DNA from: Antedon mediterranea
Taxonomy: Eukaryota; Animalia; Echinodermata
Direction: 5' to 3'
Length of the DNA: 64,000 nt
Assembly (NCBI RefSeq): GCF_964355755.1
Contig: NC_092676.1
Coordinates: 24,074,871 to 24,138,870, forward strand
The notes under the pieces: generated by a model
The model's database searches: none
What the model was told of the DNA's origin: nothing
The model's input: only the letters and a program-made list of their open reading frames with translations
Shown here: in pieces, positions 27,913-40,364 of the stretch
How the letters are laid out: each line of letters opens with the position of its first letter
Position numbering within the stretch: the stretch's first letter is position 1
Made by a program: the position numbers and the translations under genes

Positions 27913-29298
27913 GTGAGATGCGGTTTTGTAATCAGTATTAACATACTTCATTTTCTCTATCTTGTCATATTCATCATCTACTCTTACTTTATCTGAATCA
28001 TCATCATTATTCATTTTCTTATGATCATCTCCACTACCTCCATGGTGATGACATCATTATTATTGACATGATATGATGTCATCACCACGCAGTGACAACC
28101 ATGATATCACCAACACCATGATCTTTGACACCAAACCACTATGATATTAGGGTGCTTTCGATTTATGACGACAGAGAACCGACCTAGGTCAGATCAATTG
28201 ATGTTCGTCGGTCATCGTCTGGACCTAGAAACCAGCAATCCTGTGTCGAGATGAGGAGTGAGAATACGCCTCCCAATATCTTCACATGATCACCATGAAC
28301 TAACATGATATAGCTTGGTCGTCGGTCATCAATTGTCAAAAATAAAAACTTTCCTAATGAATGTCATGACCACCACCAATCATCACCACAATCATTGTTA
28401 CCATAATTACCATCATTCTATCAATATCAACCTCATCATGATTATATCATCTCTAATATTTTGAATTTATCAAGGCTATCAGATTTATTCTATTAGTAAT
28501 TCTTGTAACTTCAATCAACTCATTTCGAAATAAGAAAAAAATGTAAAAACTATTTAGAAATGATTGTAATAAGAAATGATGGTTCAAAATTTGAAATTAA
28601 TTTAATAAAAAAAAACTTTTCTTCCATTGCTTGAGGATACAAATCTAACATGTCTAGTTTTTCTATCATAGTCTCTTAAAATGATTCTGTTAATATTTGA
28701 CTTTTAAAAAAGCATTTACTTAATACTTAATAGTAGAACTTATCAATTTATGAAATAAAATATAACTGACTTTAATACATTTATAAAAAAAATTGTATAC
28801 AGTAGCACTTACTGAAGATTGCGTTTGATCATCTTTGTTTACTGTCAAACTTATCAATCAAATTTGACAACAAAAAACCAAACGCAACAGGAAATTTTGT
28901 TTCCTTCAAAATTGATAAATTAAAGTATACATTCAATAAAAGGATATACATACATTACACATAATAAACCCCAAGTCTTAAAATGTATTATAGAGAGAGT
29001 TATAATATGGCGTAAATTGAAATCGGAATAGCATCAATTCGAGTGGTCTTTCACACGTGTTCCGGCACGAATCCGGTCCGGCGCCTGCAAATCAAATCAA
29101 ACGCCATTGTTTCATTTTCATGATGCCAATCAATAAGTGTGTAATCTCGTAAAAACAAAACATTGGCGTTTGATTCCACAAACCATAGTCAAACAATCTG
29201 TCTTCTCTGTGTGGGTTGTGTGCACCCACACAAGAAATACATCTTTCAGAGAAATTTTTTTAAGAACCACTTTTTTGTTTTTTGTTGTTACATTTTAG

Positions 29299-29519
29299 GT
29301 AAACACATTAAATGAGCAGGAATGGGAGAAGGCAGAGCAAGCGAATGTTCTCGCAAACATAGCTCAAGCTTTTGAGAGTGACGATGGCGGTATAGCGAGG
29401 GACGAAAGCGAGACTGTGTTTGGTGCTGTTGATATGTTATCTCCACAGGGTCATACCGATGCACAGACGCTAGCGGCTATGTTACAGGAACAACTGGATG
29501 CAATCAATAAAGAAATTAT
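29299..29519 (+). CDS. PPFIA: Liprin-alpha exon, VNTLNEQEWEKAEQANVLAN...DAQTLAAMLQEQLDAINKEI
   Basis: cattttag acceptor, AT|gtaagt donor (phase 2); conserved DAQTLA.MLQEQLDAINKEI motif. Confidence 0.96.
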
Positions 29520-29742
29520 GTAAGTACTGTTTTTTTTCTTGTTTGTAGCAATTTTAGTGAAAATCTTGAGGAACTAGGTTGTACACTGTTGGGGCTAATT
29601 TGGCCTCTGTAGAACTGGCTTTACCCACATTTTCAATACTTGAATAACTAATAAATTAAAGTACAATTAGATTTTAAATAAATGGAAGTATTACCGATAG
29701 TTGTTATTTAAATAATTGTTCTTCAAACAAATGATATTGTAG

Positions 29743-30031
29743 GCTCATACAAGAAGAGAAATTCACGACGGAACAGCGTGCAGAAGAGATTGAACATCGT
29801 GTAGGTAGCATCGACAATGTTGGTGTGTTTGGCACGAACCGATCCAGCTCCTGGAGGTCAGAGCCACAGATGCTGACCCGCTCTCTCCCAGGTAGCATGT
29901 TAATTAACCTGGATAGGGAGGTAAGGTCGCCGCCAGGGAGCGGGGCATCGACGCCAAAGGCTAATCGACATGATTTTCTTGGAAATAAACACAGTGCTAG
30001 TCAGCCCCAAATTTCTCTTACAGTTGATAAG
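29743..30031 (+). CDS. PPFIA: Liprin-alpha exon, LIQEEKFTTEQRAEEIEHRVGS...SLTVDK
   Basis: ttgtag acceptor (phase 2), AAG|gtgaga donor; conserved LIQEEK..TEQRAEEIE.RV motif. Confidence 0.94.
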
Positions 30032-31375
30032 GTGAGAAAATCTAAATATAATTCATATTTAAACCCTGTTTTTGTATATTTTTTGAAGTGGTTTTACATT
30101 TGACCCCTCAGTTATTTCTTTTTATATCTCGTGCCTTGCTACTTAATGGCGATCCTTTGTTGACTTGTGAACACCATAGTATGCTCATGTTATGTTTTTT
30201 TTTTCCTTTTTATACTTTGTTTTTAATGCGTTTACTTACACTTTTCACACATCTGAGAATATGTTTCTGTCTTTAAAATATAAATTTATTCACCTTACAC
30301 TGTCAAAGACTAAACGAATTTCTTCTTTGATACACACAGTTGTACTGTAAGTCTATGTATGTTATTTATTGACAGCCCTTAAATACCAATGATATTATCT
30401 GTATAAAGACTGTTTTCCAATACATTAATTTATTTTTATCAACAACAGACATTTTTAAGGGAAAAAATGTTCGCTAATCTATTATTTCCCACTACAAGAG
30501 CAAATAGCTGCAATTTTCATTCTATTGGGTATTTACTGAGTTGTTTGATTTGCATGAGTGCTCACAAATCTGTGAGATTCTTAAAATTGGTTGTGAATTT
30601 GTTCGCAGCGTAAAAAACTTTTGAAACAACTAATTATTCTGAAACTAAAAATTTGTTGTAGAAATTTAAATTTGGCAAATGGAACTTTGAATGTATCTCG
30701 TGGAAAACAGACTTATCTACAATATTTTAGTTAAAATCTAAACATTACTGATTAGTTCCGTCAAGTTTGTTTACAAAATGATTATATTTAGTTAACACTC
30801 GGCATTTGGCCAATTAGTCAAGTCAATCTGAGTCTGTTTACACAATTTTAATTAATCTCCAGTTTTTTACACATCTTGAAATGGGGTTATCTATTTTTAG
30901 CAATGCTTTCTACATGAATTTCAAGTGGTTTTAAAGAAATTGATAAACAAATTTAATCATTTCTGTCTTATTTTGATGTTTGCCAATCTAGTCCTTAATT
31001 TTGTTTTTATTTATTTTTTTTTTTATTAATATTTTTTCTAAAAATATTTTTTACTGATTAAACATGATACTAATTTGTTATTTTGTTTTTTAATTTCTTC
31101 ATATCATCATTATCTTTCATTGTTTTCTCATCCTAACCATCAGTACATTCTACAACAAATTCTACATTTTTTCTCACTTATCCAAATTATTAAATATCTA
31201 TTACTGAGTAGTTTAGTATAGTCTTACCATGTATGTTATTAGATACATATCTACATACAGATTGTTATAAATAGTTTAGGCTTTATTTAATTGATCTTTC
31301 CTCTATACCTACCTCTTATTATGTTTCTCGCATGGCTGAAATGCTTGATGCTGATTGGTTGTGTTGTCTTCTTAG

Positions 31376-31465
31376 TCCGATACGTCAACACCGCCCTCTT
31401 CGCCTGACGGTTTTCCTGTACGCTCCATGTCCCTCTCTGAATCTCAGCTTCGTTATTGGCAAAAG
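31376..31465 (+). CDS. PPFIA: Putative alternative cassette exon of liprin-alpha, SDTSTPPSSPDGFPVRSMSLSESQLRYWQK
   Basis: gtcttcttag acceptor, AAG|gtagag donor, 90 nt, phase 0/0, open, GC-rich island in an AT-rich intron. Confidence 0.65.
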
Positions 31466-32759
31466 GTAGAGCCAGCTGTTATTACTGTATAGCATGATTC
31501 TAAAGTGTTGCTTGGCCTATTACCTATTGCATGATCACCAAATATTCCAGGAATAAAAAAACTATATAACTATATTTTATACTTCCATATTTTGTTTGAA
31601 TGCATATAGCTTGCACTTTTATTTATGATATGCTATTATAATATATATAGAAGAAATAAATTGTAAAAATAAGCTAAAATAACATATAATACTGTCATTT
31701 TTTGCACACATCATTTTTATATACTGCACAGATATATTGATTAACCTATTTCTTGAAATGTGATTAGGAAATAAAGGTCAAATGTTAACCTCTCTTCACA
31801 CCTAGATTTACCAAATTGATTGCTATTTATGGTTGTTGTTGTACAATCAAATACTAATCATTCAACTTGATTTTCAATCATATGTTGTGTTTATTTTAAA
31901 CTAGTTGAAACATAGCTTTCTAGTAGAAATAAGTAACTATGTTTTATTAATAATTGTGATGATTATAGTGTAAAGGGACATTATTTCACTTTTTATAATA
32001 CCAATCAAAAACATGTGAAGCTTACAATACATTGAGCATAAAATTGAATTCGGTTTAATATTCAGTTGCATAAAGAAGAACAAAATCTGTTTTATATGTA
32101 GAACTACATTGTGTAATAATATAACATAGATATATTGGAGTTTATACCTCAAAACAGCAAGAACTTTTATTGTAATCCCTATAATAGGAGTTTGTACAAA
32201 TAGGCTAAAAGATACAGTAACTCGACTTGAGAGTTACAAAATCTCTGTATATTAATTTTGATAGCTCTTAAAGGAGGTGGGAGATAGGGGAGGAGAAAAC
32301 ATATTTGCTGATATTTCTCGTTCTTAAAGTGAATCAGTTTTATTTGCTTGCAAAATGTTGCATTCTGTTTATGAGATATATGGATATAATGTAATGCAAC
32401 CTGTAAGATGCCATAGCATAGTGTGTGTACCATACTTGCATGTTACCATTATAATTAACAAGGCAGCACTGTGAAAGAGCATACCCCTGAAACAATGTCG
32501 CATTGTACATATTTCATACAGAGACTCTGCCATTGAAAAATAATACGCTCATAATTGGACACCCGCTGGCCATATTTTTCTCTATCCGGGTCGCCCACTA
32601 GCCATAAAAAGGTGCGCATACTTGCCAAACCTATCCAACCCTATAGAAAGAGCATACCCCTGAAACATAGTTAACCATATTTGTTTGTTATAAATAATGG
32701 ATAATATGCATCCATATGCCAGGGCAGAGCTGTCAAAGAACCTTCTGAGATATCTTTAA

Positions 32760-32941
32760 AGCTTGATTCTCACTTGGACGAAAGGACGTAAACGTTCCGC
32801 AAGTAATTGGACCAATCATGATAAGATAGGTCAATTGTGATTGGTAAACTCACTTGCGATGCGCATACTGTATGCCCTGTATGCCATTGTGCTGTGTGTT
32901 GTGCATACGCCATTGCGTTGCGTCCAAGTGGCAACCAAGCT
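32760..32941. mobile_element. Harbinger-like MITE (family B)
   Basis: Imperfect TIRs agcttgattctcacttggacg / cgtccaagtggcaaccaagct in TAA/TTA context. Confidence 0.65.
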
Positions 32942-33188
32942 TTACAAGGTCGAACGGATAAACAAACTTGGTTAAAACATAACCCCCTTTTGAGGATGTG
33001 ATAAAATAAATTACTAACTTGTTGCAAGTTATTGTTTACATTTCTAGTAAAAATTTGACAACAAATAATATAAGAAGTACATTATGTATTAGTAGAATAG
33101 ATGTATCAACCTTTAGATGAATGATACACGTTTTGTAGGTTTGTTTATATGCTTGTACATGTGTGTGTGTGTGTATGTTTGTGTCTAA

Positions 33189-33350
33189 AGCCCTGTCTAT
33201 ACTATCAAACTTTATGTAACAAAAAAATGTGATGTGCCCATTATGGACATGTTGATGTCATATCACTACCATATTTGGGGATATCACTACCGTATTTGGG
33301 TACATCAAATTTTTTTTTTTTCAAACTAGTTTGATAGTGTAGGCAGAGCT
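33189..33350. mobile_element. MITE family A
   Basis: TIRs with TAA TSD. Confidence 0.85.
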
Positions 33351-33774
33351 TAATACACATAATATTCATGTGTGATAACATAATAATATTGCCTGTAGTT
33401 ATCTGATGTTTATGTATTATTAACACATTCAGTGCCATCTTTGTAAACATTTCTGACAACATTAATTACGATACAAAGTAAATTTTCTCCCGTGAGATAT
33501 CATTGTTTTGTTATTATGATCATGTTGCGTACATCATTACGGTGGCACGTAGGTAAAAAATGTTCTCAAAATAGTTCATAGACTAATTAAGCCCAGTCAC
33601 TCACGAAGATGCGATTAAACTTATTATAGATGTGCATTAAAATGACAGAATTTTCAACCAACTGCGTAATTTTATTCTGAACAAACAGCTGTTCCGTCAC
33701 ATGTTATATGAAATTTTAATGTAATGTAAACATACCAATGCACTTATTGTTTATGGCTGAATATAATCCCATGT

Positions 33775-34068
33775 TCGAGTATAATCCCACCCACTTAATT
33801 TAGGCTAAATTCTGGCGCAAGAGTTTTGTATAAACAATCCAAGTATTATCCCACCCAACCCCCTAAATTTAGGCGTAATTCTGGCATAAGAGTTTTGTAT
33901 AAACAATCCAAGTATTATCCCATCCAACCCCCTAAATTTAGGCTTAATTCTGGCACAAGAGTTTTGTATAAACAATCCAAGTATAATCCCACCCAATTTG
34001 GACCCCCTTAATTTAGGCTAAATTCTGGCACAAGAGTTTTTGTAAATAAATAATTCAAGTATAATCAC
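33775..34068. repeat. ~69-bp minisatellite, about 4 copies
   Basis: aatttaggc..aattctggcacaagagttttgtataaacaatccaagtat repeated. Confidence 0.9.
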
Positions 34069-34766
34069 ACACTCTATCTTTTCCCAAATTTCATACCTTT
34101 GGGACTCGGTCATTTACAATATATTTTCTCCCTCTATTAAAATCTGTCTTAAAACAAGTTGAATCATTTAAGAAGCTTGCGTCACAAGATATGTAAGCAT
34201 ACTGTGGCAGTGACTGTGTTTACTATACGTAAATACAGTATGTTTATATGTGTGTGTTTACATAAATGTTTGTACTATATGTTTGCATTGATTATGTTTG
34301 TATTATGAATACTTGACTAACGAATGGTGGTAGTTTAGGTGCTTTAATGACAATAATATAATGACAATAACAATTAACTCTACTTATCATTCATTGAAAT
34401 TCTTTTGGTCTAATAATAACTAAATAAAGTGTCATCTGTATATAATTACCAAATATTTATATTAGTGAAATTATATAATGTAATAGTATTTGTTCTTATT
34501 CAAAATGTGACATTTTATTAACTAGAAAATGCATTTTTACTAACACAACTAAAAAAGAATATTACATTGTTTTTTAAATGAAGGGGAGAAATGGGTATAT
34601 AGGCATGCTGGTTATTAACCGAGTGTACATGTATGCATTGGAATAGATAAACCCGACAAATTCATAATACGTCTAAAGCCTTTTAAGACCCAGACTGAGG
34701 AGTAATATGCCCCTTTGTTGTATTAATCATTGTGATAATATGATTTATTACGTTTGAAATTCCCAG

Positions 34767-34900
34767 GGCAATTATAGAGGAGAAAGCCAAGAGGAATTTA
34801 GGCCGATTCGTTGTGAATCTAGTCCTCCCGTTTCGCCAAAACAAGACCATCCAGAAAAAGGTGCAACGTTAACGGTTGACGTTGACGAGGAGCAACGAAG
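34767..34900 (+). CDS. PPFIA: Liprin-alpha linker exon, GNYRGESQEEFRPIRCESSPPVSPK...EEQR
   Basis: ttcccag acceptor, AG|gtatgt donor (phase 2); IRCESSPP resembles vertebrate IKCETSPP. Confidence 0.88.
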
Positions 34901-37900
34901 GTATGTGGTATTTTATAACTTACTTTTAATTCCTTACTTTGAAATTAAAGTATCTAGCCTGTTTCTCAATTGGGTACAGTAGTCTATTTCGTGCTTAGCT
35001 TACCTAGATAAACCAAAAAATGCCATATTCTCCTTGAAGAGTGAGCTATACTCGAAAAGTAGAAAATTCATTGAACACCCTCTCCATAAATGGTCCAGTC
35101 CAATTTGATAAAATAGAGTTCAAGGAACATTCTAATTAAGCACAACGATTTATTGTTACATTATTTACTTCATTAAACCAGATATTGGGGGAAATTTCCC
35201 TGCATGTAATTAATCCATTTTCTTGATGCAATAAATCTCTGGTTTGTTTATTGTTGTCTACGAAAACTGTGACAAACAATCATATTCACTTCAATTGTAG
35301 AGTAATTATAAATTTAGAATGAATGTTAACATTTCTATTGGTATGTTCTATTAAATGCCTTCTTCAAGTTCAAGTTCAAGTTCAAAAAACATTTATTTAT
35401 TCAACAATGGCATTATACAATAATATAATTATAGGTGTGTACATAAATGAAAACATAGTAATAAGCCATCATTTGGGGTCTTCTCTAGAAGAAAACAAGT
35501 TTCTTGTCTCGAGAAAGACCCCAGAAACAATACACATACATTTAAACTAATACAATTTACTACATAAAATAATAAATAAAAACAAAAACGATGAAATAAA
35601 AATACTTTCAGTGTACTACAATCCATAGTATATTTTATTGAAATAACTATGTCATATTATTTTAGATATTCTGCATGTGACGTAGGAGTATACATTCCTA
35701 TTTCACACATGCCAGAACTTGTATGTCTATTTACACCTACATTTTTACATCTATTTTTTATATTATCATTATGATTACTATAAAATAAGATGAAATTTAC
35801 TTTTGTCTATTTATAGGGATTTCTCTTATTGGGATTTGAATATTGAGTTTGGTATATTGTTAGATAGAAAGTGATTATTTACTAGTCATCTCCACAAACT
35901 GTAGCACCAACATACTAGGCCTAAGCCCCAGTGGGTAATCAAGTTATGATGCATAGTTTGGCGCTGATACCCACAGACACATAATGAACATAACACTAGA
36001 GTGACTAAGTGACAAGGTACCAAATTTCTTGTTACATATAGTATTTCTGTGTGAGAGATAAAAGAGTTTTTACCACACAAACACCAGTTGATAGTAGCAT
36101 ACAATAAAAAAAACAGGGTTGGTTGGTAAGGTTTATTTTGTGTGGCTACGGTACTGTAAATCTATGACAATCAGAATGGTACTCCTGTGTGAAAAAATTT
36201 GTTCTATCTGAGTCTATAAACCAGACACAAATACCAGAATCATTGTTATTGTGTGTTGTGGGTACCCACTGGTACTCCTGTGTGAAAATATTTGTCCTTT
36301 CTATGTACGTGTGAAGGCATAAAATAGTACACTGTTTCCAGCTTACAATCAATCTTGAACCCACGTGTCTTGTACCGCAATCACAATGTCTGCACCATCT
36401 GCTCTAAATTTATTGAGAATAGAACACCGACAATAGGATCAATAGTTTTGTCAGATACGTCGATACTTGTTCCAGTTATTTCAAGATGTACAACTGGAAA
36501 GTTTAGCAGCTGGGGGTAAAACAGTCGCCCATGGGTTTAAAGAAATACATCTTCCAACGAAGTTACCATCGTACTGGAAAAAACTCAAGTTACATAGTTA
36601 TTTTATGCCCTATTTCATTATAAACATTATATGCTGGTATAAAGTTTATAGTAAATAAATAAAAAAGCAAATAAATAGATTAAACAAATAAATAAATAGA
36701 TATACTGTACATATACAGTACAATGCAAATAAGTTGGTGGCCTCTCACGCAAAGGCAATGCATATGTCAACTTGAGTCAATGACGGCATGATGTCCCCAT
36801 TCGAGAATGGCTAAATTAACAAGAACAAGAAGTATCACATATGTATAGTTCTGAAAAGAGTTTCTCGATGTTTCAATCAATATACTTTGATCGTCCTCAG
36901 AAACATTATATTTAGTGGGATAACTATTTCTTATCATTTATTTTGTGATACTGATTCAGAACGAGCAGTTTGAAGAATTAGTGTAACAACATGAGAGATT
37001 TTATATTTTAGTTTGGTTGTTACATTTCTTTTTCTTCAAAAGTAATGTTAGATCAACCATGTTATATTTTGTAGCATTTTAAAGCCAGTGTTGCCCAATC
37101 ATATTACAGATCATGGATCTCCATGGTAAATATTATTACTCCATCTAACACTAACACTCGATGTGCATCTGTTCACTTGTCAATCAATAATCAATGGTAA
37201 TCAATAATAATCAATCACCTCAGTTTTTTCCTGTAGAAAACTTTATTTACTTTATTGTTTTTTCCTGTTTTTTTTTTCTCTCCTTGTTTTGAAGCTCAAA
37301 TGTGTCGAGAAACTAAATAATATAATATTTTTATTATCAAATGTTAACTTGTTATTTTTTATCGGAAAAGTTTGATACACACTTATATAATAAAGTTTAA
37401 AAAAATCAATAAATTATTTACAATATCTTAATATTTAAATAATAATTATATCCCATAGAAATTAAATATATGCTATTAGTCTATAGATAGTAATAATAAT
37501 AATAATAATTTATTTGGAAGCTATTCAAAGTGAACAAATATTTAAACTTATAATATACAAAAAATAAAGTGATCAATATAAGTTATAATTATACAAATAT
37601 TTTTTTTTAATAATTATCATTAATTTAAACTATGTAAATTAATTATTTATTGATTGACAAGTTTGTATAGAAGTTTTATATCCATTTTTTCATTTTGGTT
37701 ATAACTGTAAATATTAATCATGGGCCACTACCACTGTAATAATAGTAATTTCGCCCAGTTCAACGGACGGCAGACAGCACAGCAAAATTGCACGAGTTTG
37801 TGTAGCATTCGAGTATTTGTTGGTCATATTTACGCAATGTGTTGCAAATTGTCATGAAATTTAACGTAAACACCGAGCATGTGGTGACTAAGTGGTTACC

Positions 37901-38140
37901 GGGATTAAAAATTGAAGTTTGTCGAGTTTGCGGCACATTCCATCTAAAGGTCGCATATTTTGTTGTCTTAACACATGAGTCTACAATTGTTTGGTTTATA
38001 TTTTGATTCTTATAGCATTTATTAATTTCATCAATATTTATATAATTTATTATTTACTTTTTTTACCCAATTGTACTTTGCAAGTTTTACCACTTTATTA
38101 ATCTTTCAATTTATCATTATTAACTTACAGTATCATGTAA

Positions 38141-38264
38141 AGCTCTGTCTACACTATCAAGCTAGTGTGTGTGCCCAAATATGGCAGTGATATGACATCA
38201 TCATGTCCGTATATGGGCACATGACATTTTTTTGTCACATAAAGTTTGATGTGTAGACAGAGCT
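38141..38264. mobile_element. MITE family A
   Basis: TIRs and internal repeat. Confidence 0.85.
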
Positions 38265-38759
38265 TCAGATTGCATGAATAAATAAATCACATTTGATTTA
38301 TAGTTTCAGTTATCTTGGAAAGAATATTCGTTGTTTTAACATTGATATCATTTAAATGTTTATTTATCTTGATATTTGTTTATCCTTACAATTCATTCAA
38401 TTCATAAAAGAGTTTAATTACATTTCTAATACAGTAATACTATTTTATTATTTAATGATCTTTTGAATTTATTCGGTTTCAGTCTTTTTATCATTTATTA
38501 TTGATATAGATTCTAAATTTCACTTATTTCAGATAAATTACCATTCACTCCTTACAATATTTCCTTACATTTCTTATCACTTTTTAGCATCAACACATTC
38601 ACATCAATTTACAGGGCCATAGCAATATTATAAATACTTCCTTAGCGACAGATGTATTTTTCTTTGTATGTTTATTGTCTTAATCATACCAAGGAAAATG
38701 AATTTCTATTTTAAGTGGACCAATAAAATTTCGTGAATCTTGAACCACTTTGTATATTA

Positions 38760-38921
38760 AGCTATCTCTCTACACTATCAAACCAGTTTGACAAGAAAGT
38801 GTGATGTGCCCAAATATGGTAGTAGTATGCCCAAATATAGTGGTGACATAACATCATCATGTCCATATATTGGCACATCACATTTTTTTGTCACATAACG
38901 TTTGATAGTGTAGACAGAGCT
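38760..38921. mobile_element. MITE family A
   Basis: TIRs with TTA TSD. Confidence 0.85.
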
Positions 38922-39050
38922 TTAGACGCAACCATATACAAACATATGAACAAACCTACAAAACATGTATCATTCAACTAAAGGTTAATACATTACATTT
39001 ACTACTATTTTTTTCTAATTTGTAATACTTTTGCTTGCTTTTTTTTAAAG

Positions 39051-39235
39051 GGACTCGTTTGGGAGTGATACAAACACACCAAGTCCACACAGTAGTACAA
39101 ACAGTAGTCAAGACTCGCTAACTAAACATCCAAAGAAGCCTTCAGGTCTCAAGGGTTCCCTCGGTAGGTTCTTCGGCAAAAAGGAGAAAACCCTGCGGAG
39201 AGTCAGAGATGCCGGTAAAGATTCCGTGGGACAAG
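39051..39235 (+). CDS. PPFIA: Liprin-alpha exon, DSFGSD...NSSQDSLTKHPKKPSGLKGSLGRFFGKKEK... (alternative donor at 39214)
   Basis: ttttttaaag acceptor (phase 2); conserved SSQDSL.K..KK..K.S.GR.FGKKEK motif; two phase-1 donors, 39214|gtaaag and 39235|gtaacc. Confidence 0.9.
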
Positions 39236-39358
39236 GTAACCAACAGAAACCACACCTGTACCATCCTCTATGTAGCAAAAGAACTTGGCATATTATTATT
39301 ATTATTGACTCTTATAAATCCTTTTTTTTTAAATTCCTTGCTTAAAAAAACGCTTTCT

Positions 39359-39595
39359 TGCATGAAATTATTAGGGAATTTTGATTTGCATGGCACGACG
39401 ACAAAGATGACGAAGCAAAGCAATAGATCGTTAAGAAAGATAATATTTGCATGTCAACAACACAATTCCTTCCCTGGCAACCCGTTCTAAAAGTGCCTGT
39501 GGCTCGTCTTGTCTTTGGCGTTACGCCAAGTAATCGTAAAGACCCTGTATTAGGTAATAATCTACCATCGTAATAGATTTTTCTATGATTGCATG
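39359..39595 (+). promoter_or_regulatory. Cluster of four TGCATG (Rbfox-type) intronic splicing elements
   Basis: TGCATG at 39359, 39387, 39448 and 39590, downstream of an exon with alternative donors. Confidence 0.6.
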
Positions 39596-39788
39596 AAAGC
39601 AAACAATTCCTTTCATTTTTATTTCATTAATTTTGATTTATTCTCATGCTTGGTTCTTTTTCTACATGCGGGTGGCAGATGATGATATTTATAAAAAAAA
39701 AAATTCATTCCATTACAAAAAAAAAATAACAAAAACATTGCATTTTAAGATAGTATCCACTTTTACATGGCATAGTTTCACATGATAG

Positions 39789-39908
39789 CTGCACAAGGGA
39801 TACAACTTGGGTATGCTAGCAGATCAGATTGGGTCTCTCCTCCTCAGCCATCCCTGACCCGTCTCTTTCTCTCTGCCTGTATGTCGTTTCTTGCTGGTTG
39901 CAAGACAG
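39789..39908 (+). CDS. Candidate 120-nt phase-1 cassette exon of liprin-alpha
   Basis: gatag acceptor (weak), open in the required frame, CAG|gtctgt donor, GC-rich island. Confidence 0.4.
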
Positions 39909-40337
39909 GTCTGTTCTGTTTGTTTCTTTTCAAATGTTAATAGTTTGTCGTTTATGTGATATTAATTACATATGTAATAATATAAAAAGAATTTAGGTCT
40001 AAAAAAAATGTTTTCAATTAAATTTTGTAAAGATTTTAATGCTAAACCAGTTTAGAGATTATGATTATCAACTTTTTATTTTTAATTTAAGACCAATAGA
40101 ATTGTTATAAATCAAATTATTATATTTTGGCAATTTTTCGATATATAGTATTTTGATGATTCAATTTAAATCTTTATAATACATTGGTAACTACAAATTG
40201 ATTCTTTAAATTTTATTAAACTTTTCTTAATTGGAAATAATTGAATTTGATAATATCTTAGACTAATGATAAATATTACAATTCTTTTGTTTAATGCGTG
40301 TTTGAACTTATTATTTATTCCACTTTGTTTTTTACAG

Positions 40338-40364
40338 CAAATAGGCTATGGCACCAATTTCAAG
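40338..40364 (+). CDS. Candidate 27-nt phase-1 microexon of liprin-alpha, (A)NRLWHQFQ
   Basis: ctttgttttttacag acceptor, AAG|gtagat donor, frame-preserving and open. Confidence 0.45.

Noticed and set aside
35362-35560. Autonomous LINE suggested by the (caagtt)n tail
   Set aside because: At most a short 3' remnant on the minus strand; no reverse transcriptase ORF visible.
37112-37125. catggatctccatg palindrome as another P-like footprint
   Set aside because: No flanking 7-bp duplication and the arms are only 6 bp.
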